This document shows positions 50,159-64,000 of a DNA stretch of 64,000 nucleotides, piece after piece. Position numbers and translations under genes: made by a program. The stretch lies in the NCBI RefSeq assembly GCF_964355755.1, contig NC_092672.1:3348001-3412000 (forward strand). The letters are read 5' to 3'. The notes under the pieces are model-generated. The model ran no database searches and was not told the origin of the DNA. It saw only the letters and a program-made list of their open reading frames with translations. Position 1 is the first letter of the stretch. Each line of letters begins with the position of its first letter. The DNA comes from Antedon mediterranea. Its lineage: Eukaryota; Animalia; Echinodermata.

Positions 50159-52076
50159 GATAGTTGGTAGAATATCTTGTATTTGTTGTTGATCAGTAAA
50201 ACTAGATGTTTCTCTTTCATCTACTGATGTAAAATGAAACACCTTGTCTTTTTTCTCTATTTATATCAAATCCATTATGTCAAAATGGAAGCAAGTGATT
50301 GACTAGTAAATTATACTGGCGTTTGTAAATCAAAAGAAAGTTTTTTAACAGCTGTTTTCTGATAAATGTCTCTGTTTTTTACATTAAAAATACATAACAT
50401 AATTTATTGGCTTTTTAATTGCAATTTGATTCAAAGATGTTTGTTTAAAAAGATTCTTTTGAACTTTCTCATATAATTTACCTTTTCAAATGACAGGTTT
50501 TAGGTCATCAAATATTACAATTTGCAATAAATCTACTATTGTTTAATAAACAAAGACATTAGAAACAGTGATTACTTTTTTTAATATAGGCCCTGGTGAC
50601 GTCACGACAAGTGTCACATGACCGATCGATTTCTAAACTTCAGAGTTTACCGATTGGCTGAGACTCCCCAGGATTTGTAAATAAAATATGATTATTATTA
50701 TCAACTTAAACAAAAGGCTGTGATACATTTGGTAGAAGTACATGCTATAGCCCTATGAGAAGAGTGGGTTAAAATACATATTTTCATTTTTATAAGTATG
50801 GTATGCCTATCTTAATTGTATACGTGTCCAGGTACCTAGCTCTCCGGAATGTTATTTTGTGATCATATCAATAGTACACAAAAGAACCAGTCATGCTCTG
50901 GTAATAATATAAATACACTAACGTCACAGGAATCATGAATAATTCATATCGGAACTATTTATTTGATCTCAGCAATTGGGTTTGTGTCTACATAGACTTG
51001 GTGGTCTAATGTATCTTTACAAAATATTAAGTGAGCACGCAAAAATTAAAGACAATAAACTCTGCGAATTATTAAATGTATTTCACAATGTAAACACAAT
51101 TAAAATAAGACTACTTTATTGATTACATTTAACTGTGTACAAAGGCAGTTTAAAATGATATGAGCTTAATGGGCCCCAGAGAATGAGCAACCTCAATGCA
51201 ATTACCCAATGTTGGAGGGCTCTTTAGAAGTGCTAAATCAGGGGCCTTCCATCTGCGTTACGCCACTGGTAAAATTCAATTCATTTATTTTCCAGAAGTC
51301 ATATATATTTTCTTAAGCAACAAGAAAAAAAGTAAAATGTAGTACTCTGTATCATCAACATCAGACATTTAAAGAAATAAATTTAAAATAGAATTAAATT
51401 TGGTTGTTAAAATGTCTAAAATATATACAATTGTACAAAATAAAATAATTGAAATTTAAAAATTGTTGATGAATCTGGTTGTGTAAAACATGCTTTTTCT
51501 AGTTTTTTGAAGAAGCCGTTTTACTACAATACAACACCTTAACTACATTACTTCACAGTAAGCCTTGTTTGGCATATTTTTTATTTACATCTAAAAGTAG
51601 ATTAGCCATCATCAGTCTGTGCATAAAGCATCATATATATTATGATAAATGTATACATGAGGGCGTGTGGCACAGTGTGTTAGATGTTGGACACTTGTCA
51701 CATTGCTTGTATCCTTTCTTACATTTGCCTCTCTCCATTTGTACATTTGAGTACCAAGGTAAAGACACAACTTTGCACTGAATACTAGTTGCATTGTAGG
51801 AGTATGTTTCCAGAAATTAAAAAAAACCTGGATAATAATATGTACAGTTTCACAACATTAGGCGCTTTATAAATCCAGAATATTAATTAGACATTTGCTA
51901 CCTCTTTTTAAAATGCAGCTTGTTTCCATTACCATACATCTAAAAGTTATTCTACATATCTAATGTTACTTTCCACTGCATAAAGCAAGAAGCCAAAGAA
52001 TGCGAAATGACATATACTGTACTATTAAAAGTAGTAATATTAAATCTTAAGTTAATACTTTACATACTTTTAAAGG

Positions 52077-52952
52077 TTATTCTGCATAAAGCAAGAAGCC
52101 AGAGAATGAGCAACGACCATATACTGTACTGAAGTAATAGTTAGAGGTTCCCCTATAAGGCTGAGTCCATACTTGATCTCCTGATACTAAATTAAGTACC
52201 ACCATTGTGCTTGCAGAATTATTACCATAAGCCTCCATCTCGATGGATACTTGAGTTGACCCATTTTTCATGAGTCTTGTTGATATTGTCCCTTTATTGG
52301 TTTTCCTTGATGTAACTTGGAATACATAAACACCTGGAATTTTACAGACAAACTTGCCTGTTTCTTTTTTGTAATGACTTCCAACATTTGTAATTATTGT
52401 GTCATACTTTAATGGGCCTTCAGGACGATTTAGCTTGTGTTTAAAAACTACTGTAAAGGCAGATTTTTGCTGATTAGCTGGTTCACCTTTTTTTCCTTGT
52501 ACACCATTGAAACCCCGAGTTCCTTTTTGTCCTCTAATCCCATTTAATCCATTCCTTCCGTTATCTCCTTTTATTCCTCGTTCTCCTTTCATTCCTTGTT
52601 TTCCGTTTGCACCTTGTAGGCCCATGAGCCCTTGATTTCCTTTTTGTCCTTGAATCCCATTTAATCCATTCCTTCCGTTGTCTCCTTTTATTCCTTTTAT
52701 TCCTTGTTCTCCTTTTATTCCTTGTTCTCCTTTTATTCCTTGTTCTCCTTTTATTCCTTGTTTTCCGTTTACACAATTTGCACTTGGTAGTTCATTGAGG
52801 CCTTGGATTCCTTTTATCCTATCTAACCCACTTTTTCCATTATCTCTTTTTATTCCTGGTGGATAAGAGTTATTCTCAATTTCAGAGTTGGTCCGTGCCG
52901 CAGATTTGATGATGTAAATACAAAGAAGTTGTACAGCAATTGTAAAAAACAT
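52077..52952 (-). CDS. Collagen-gC1q protein, copy 5, 291 aa, divergent; probable non-coding exon 1 at ~55772-55815
   Basis: Signal peptide, no CxxCC, ~10 degenerate plus ~32 intact Gly-X-Y, and a basic gC1q domain. Confidence 0.9.
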   Translation of the reverse strand: MFFTIAVQLLCIYIIKSAARTNSEIENNSYPPGIKRDNGKSGLDRIKGIQGLNELPSANCVNGKQGIKGEQGIKGEQGIKGEQGIKGIKGDNGRNGLNGIQGQKGNQGLMGLQGANGKQGMKGERGIKGDNGRNGLNGIRGQKGTRGFNGVQGKKGEPANQQKSAFTVVFKHKLNRPEGPLKYDTIITNVGSHYKKETGKFVCKIPGVYVFQVTSRKTNKGTISTRLMKNGSTQVSIEMEAYGNNSASTMVVLNLVSGDQVWTQPYRGTSNYYFSTVYGRCSFSGFLLYAE

Positions 52953-53166
52953 ATTTGGAAATCTGAAATGTAATAATTTTAATATTGTATTCTAAAATAA
53001 TTAGAAAAGTAAAGAGATAAGAAATATTGTTGGATAAGGAGTCATCCTCATGTTGATTTTAAATGTCTCCTGGTGGAGTATACAATTTTACTATGTCTCT
53101 ACAGTATTTGTAATGTCAATTCAACCTACTCACAATTTCAAAACTTGTTACACTATGCCTACTTAA

Positions 53167-55619
53167 AGATGTATTGTCCCCCAAAAACATGAAAAACTAG
53201 AAAGCCACCCCGAGAGTGCATACCTCCGCCTACTGTAAAATTCTCCTACATAAGATTTCTCCTGGAAAAAGTATATATTTGTGTGTGTCTTAATGCTGTT
53301 TGTGATTTAGGCTAATTTCATTACACTAGATGGTACGCTCGCTTCGCTCGCGTACCATCTAGGTCGTGCCCAGAGATGGTTCTCGAATACATAATAATTT
53401 CAGCGTTAAAAAACTGGCGATTTAAAATGTACGTACCGCAGGACAATAATACATGTCGTTTACAGGAACGAATAAATAGACACTGTGATTTATGTACTCA
53501 ACTAAAATTAGCACCATGGGAATTACTTCCGAAAGAGAAACTTGTCAATTGTATAAGTCAAATTTAAACAAACTTAATTTGTGTTTTGTATGTAACATTA
53601 GGGTTGAGGGTTGAGGGATGAGGAAGAGGAATGGTGCAAAGAGGAACAATTTTTAAATATATTCTTTATCCATTTAGTAACGAAATATTAAATGTTTTCA
53701 TGTTTTACAAATAATATACCACTAAACACGGTAAAACATTGCGATGTAATACTTTGTTGAAACTATCACCGTCCTAGTCGATTGAAATAGTACAGTACAT
53801 GTAACGATACATCACTACGACGTGTATATGTTTATATAATGTAAAACAATTTGTGAAAACCACCTCTATTCGGGGCAAATTATAAATTCGATTTAATCGT
53901 CAATAAATATTAAATTATCGAACTCAACTTAATTAGTAGGCCTAATGGTTTTCAATTGTTTGTTAGAGCCAATTCATACTTAAGTTGGTTCCTACCCTAC
54001 CCACCAAAGTTGTTCTGCGTTTAGGGCATGTGATGCACCGTAGGCCTATCCTCTACTGGCTTTACAACGCTACTCATGCCAGTGAGGGAATGGTGATGAT
54101 GTGGGTGGTTTAACTGCAATAATAAAGATTTGTACATAATATACGGCGACTGAAAACGCTAGCTCATTATCCGTTAAAAAAAATCTATATCCAACCTCTG
54201 CAGCACAGATTGAAAAAAAAAATGGATCGAATTTTTGTTATGAGTTTATTCTCATTATTTACCTACCATATGTGTTAAACCAAGGGCTCATAAATTTACC
54301 TACTTGTGTTAAACCAAACTCTGGCAGACTGAGAGATTGGGATGTTCCATTCATCGCAAATCAATACATTTGTATAATCGTATATTAAATCTATCAAAAT
54401 AGTATTTTTTAAAGAAAATCGGCCTGTCTTCAACATTATGATGCTGTACTCTAGCTGTTTAACGGGTTTTCAGCTATTAAAAACAATTATCGTAGGAGGA
54501 GATAGGAAAATGCGAAGCCTCCTCGCATTTTTGTGGCGGGTATTTTTCAAGATGGACATCCATTAGACAGTGTATACCACGATCGGAAAACACCCCTATT
54601 TGGGGCAAATCGTTGAACCTAAATTCGTTTTAATCGTCAATATCTAATTATTCTAACTTAATTTAATTAGTAAACAGGGTTACATCAGGTGGTTAAAATC
54701 AGTACCGAAAGTACGAACCAACTTTATATACCATCGAGTAAAAATTATAGAAGTAAGGCGCGATTTACCGAATTTTGCCCTTACGTAAATTTATATATAG
54801 AAGCATGTGTAATGGTTATGTAACAAGCCTTTCAATTAACAATAGCTTCAGTTGACTAACAATAGAACAGCAACGTGAAAATCAAACGAGTGAATTTGAA
54901 AAGAAATAGGTTTTTTTAGCTACTGGCATCAAAAATCGTGCACATTAAATCAAATTATGTTTTAAAATTACAAATCACAAATTATAACTCTTGCCTCTTG
55001 TATAAAAATGAAGTTTTTTGGACTAGAAGTAGTTCTCGAGAAAATACAATTTCAATTTACTTGTTACTTTAAGACTGCTCGCCGGCTTTTGAAAAATTTT
55101 GTCCTATCTTTTAACACTAGCAGGTCTGAAAAGTATACTAAAAAGTGGTCCAGAATTGGGACCATGGTCCCAAATGGTCCCAAATCTTAATGGAATGGTC
55201 CTTGACAACATATCTATCTGTATATTCATTTTGGTAAAGATCTTGTATTTACTTTTTGAGTAATCCTGCTAACAAACAAACAAACAGACAAACAAACAGA
55301 CAGACAAACAAACACATGCGATCGATTACATATATCTCCTTGGCGGAGGTAAATAAAGATTAATAAAATCAAACTTTGAATAGATTATTTTGTAGTTGTA
55401 ATGAAGTTAATACAAAATAAATGGTTAAATTATACGAAAAACTTATTGGCTGGCTGCTAATTTGACTATTCTTTGCTTTAAATTACAGTTTTTTAGGTAA
55501 ATACAATTTGTTTTTGATCAAATTTTTTGGTCAAAGTGGATAACTGTTAGGTGATATTAAAATGGCATATTCAACAAACAATTGTTTAAGAATTATTTTT
55601 TCAGGGAGACAATACATCT
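53167..55619. mobile_element. Kolobok-like MITE, family K, split by a nested insertion
   Basis: TTAA-AGATGTATTGTCCCC ... GGGAGACAATACATCT; removing 53195-55353 restores a sequence collinear with the copy at 20797-21045. Confidence 0.75.
53195..55353 (-). mobile_element. Helentron-associated (HINE/DINE-1-like) non-autonomous element
   Basis: On the minus strand: subterminal IR ACCTCCGCC, a (GTTT/GTCT)n microsatellite near the 5' end, a second subterminal IR GGCGGAGGT, a 3' stem-loop GCACTCTCGGGGTGGC and CTAGTTTTT; inserted in a T-run. Confidence 0.75.
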
Positions 55620-57022
55620 TTTTAAAAACCTAAAGAAAAATAGGATTTTTGCTAAAATGTTAAAAAGATTAGTTACAAATTCTTCCAAGAAGGTGGACTC
55701 TCTGATGACTGAATAAAGTACTGTAATTGCAATTGTTGTTATGAAATAATTAAAATGAAACAAAAACTTACTTAGATGCAGTAGTTTGTCTTTTCTGTTG
55801 ATCACTGAACGCAAAATGAAACAACTTTTGTAAACATATGGTATTTATCTAATATGAATACATCTTTGAAACTTAAAAAAAGTTATTTAAAAAAAAATTG
55901 TTCTTATTATAGTTAATGTTTTCAAAAATATGGTTGTCTACAGTAACAGGTGGTGTAGTTTCACTAAAGGTCATTATCTTGTCTTAGACACACATTATAA
56001 ATGATTTCAGTAAAAGTAAATTAAATTATTATCTTGTTAGGTTAGGGGAAACACATTGATGTGTTTCTCATCAACACTAGCATTTCGGTTCAGGATGTCC
56101 AATCATATATAGTTTTTTGTTTTGTTTTTATACATCTCTACATAAACAAAGTCTTATGACTCTTTGGGAGTGGAGTTATAATTTGTCATTACAAAAAATC
56201 CTGCCGCTGACAGGACTTGAACCCAGGACCCTTGGATTAGTAGCATCAAAACCACCACAACTCCACTCCTTTCATAGGCCTTGTCATGGCCTACATTTTT
56301 ACATATAGAAATATCAAAATGAGACAAGAATATGTAGTTTTTTATTTTTTACGATTGATCTCCGTATTTCTTTCTTCAAGAAAGGTGGTATATGAACTTT
56401 GGGTTAAATTTCACAGGCAGGCAGCCAACAAGAACCTTGTCACTTATTTCCCATGACTTTATCAAGGATGCATTCATTATAAACTAAAATAACAACTATT
56501 ACCTTCTGAACTATCCTGCAGTAAAGTTTAAACTTTAAGATGACAGATTTTTTTTTAAAACACATTCAATCCATCAAAAACTTATCTATTAAACATACCC
56601 ATATATTTTTGGACGAATAGAAACTCTTATGTACAGGTAATGGCATTTGGTTGACTCCTATTGGCTGGATGAATAAGCCAATAGAGAGAGAGCAAGTGAC
56701 AATACTCAAGTAATGTTCAAACAGATGACCAAGTAAAAGGGTGTGCGTGGATGGCAGTGATAACTTTATGTATTATACAAAAAAAACTATATACAGTAGA
56801 CTGTATATGCGTATATACAAAATTTAACACCTGAGAGAATGTAGTAGTATGTTCTATACAAATTTGTTTGTGGAAGTTTTTATTAAATTAGGGATAGGCC
56901 TACAATATAAGAAAAGAATACTGGTCAGACACATAATAGGACAGAAATTTACTGACATTTCGTTTTTTTCTGTTAAGTTTCAGTGCAATAATAATCTTGT
57001 TTGGGATAAACTTCCACTCATC

Positions 57023-63880
<6,858 letters not shown>

Positions 63881-63898
<18 letters not shown>

Positions 63899-64000
63899 GT
63901 ATGCGTATCTTTACATCATGTACTGTTTAAATTAATGCCGTGTATGATACAATCCAAGGTATGCGTATCTTTACATCATGTACTGTTTAAATTAATGCCA
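63881..64000 (+). repeat. 60-bp tandem duplication spanning an ASL exon end and its splice donor
   Basis: TGTATGATACAAT(G/C)CAAG|GTATGCGTATC... occurs twice. Confidence 0.9.

Noticed and set aside
36974-52866. Plus-strand PFIPCS-repeat ORFs (36974, 40858, 43784, 49411, 52678)
   Set aside because: They are antisense shadows of Gly-X-Y codons.
7289-55710. Other CTGATGA words (7289, ~24755, ~32253 minus, ~55703) as hammerheads
   Set aside because: They lack stem II followed by GAAA.

Overview
AT-rich, intron-rich animal genomic DNA, probably a marine invertebrate; an echinoderm or other invertebrate deuterostome is my inference, not proven. Gene order: a 5S rRNA-headed element at the left edge; serine/aspartate racemase (SRR, 5 coding exons, minus) head-to-head with SMG6/EST1A (20 coding exons, plus), as in human; a 4-exon single-pass membrane gene of unrecognised family with an in-frame stop in its last exon; five tandem secreted collagen-gC1q genes (minus), one split by a 2.7-kb long-TIR transposon; and the 5' part of argininosuccinate lyase (ASL, plus). 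Introns and spacers hold many non-autonomous transposons (Harbinger-, Kolobok-, hAT-, pogo-, Academ- and Helentron-like), a solo LTR, SINE fragments, a Penelope-type minimal hammerhead ribozyme motif and minisatellites, including several nested insertions. No prokaryotic-type systems such as CRISPR were seen. The best leads are the diversifying C1q array, the serine-rich racemase loop, the SRR-SMG6 linkage, the orphan membrane gene, the intronic hammerhead and the 5S-derived SINE. All coordinates and counts were read by eye, and transposon family labels rest on termini and target-site duplications (TSDs) only.
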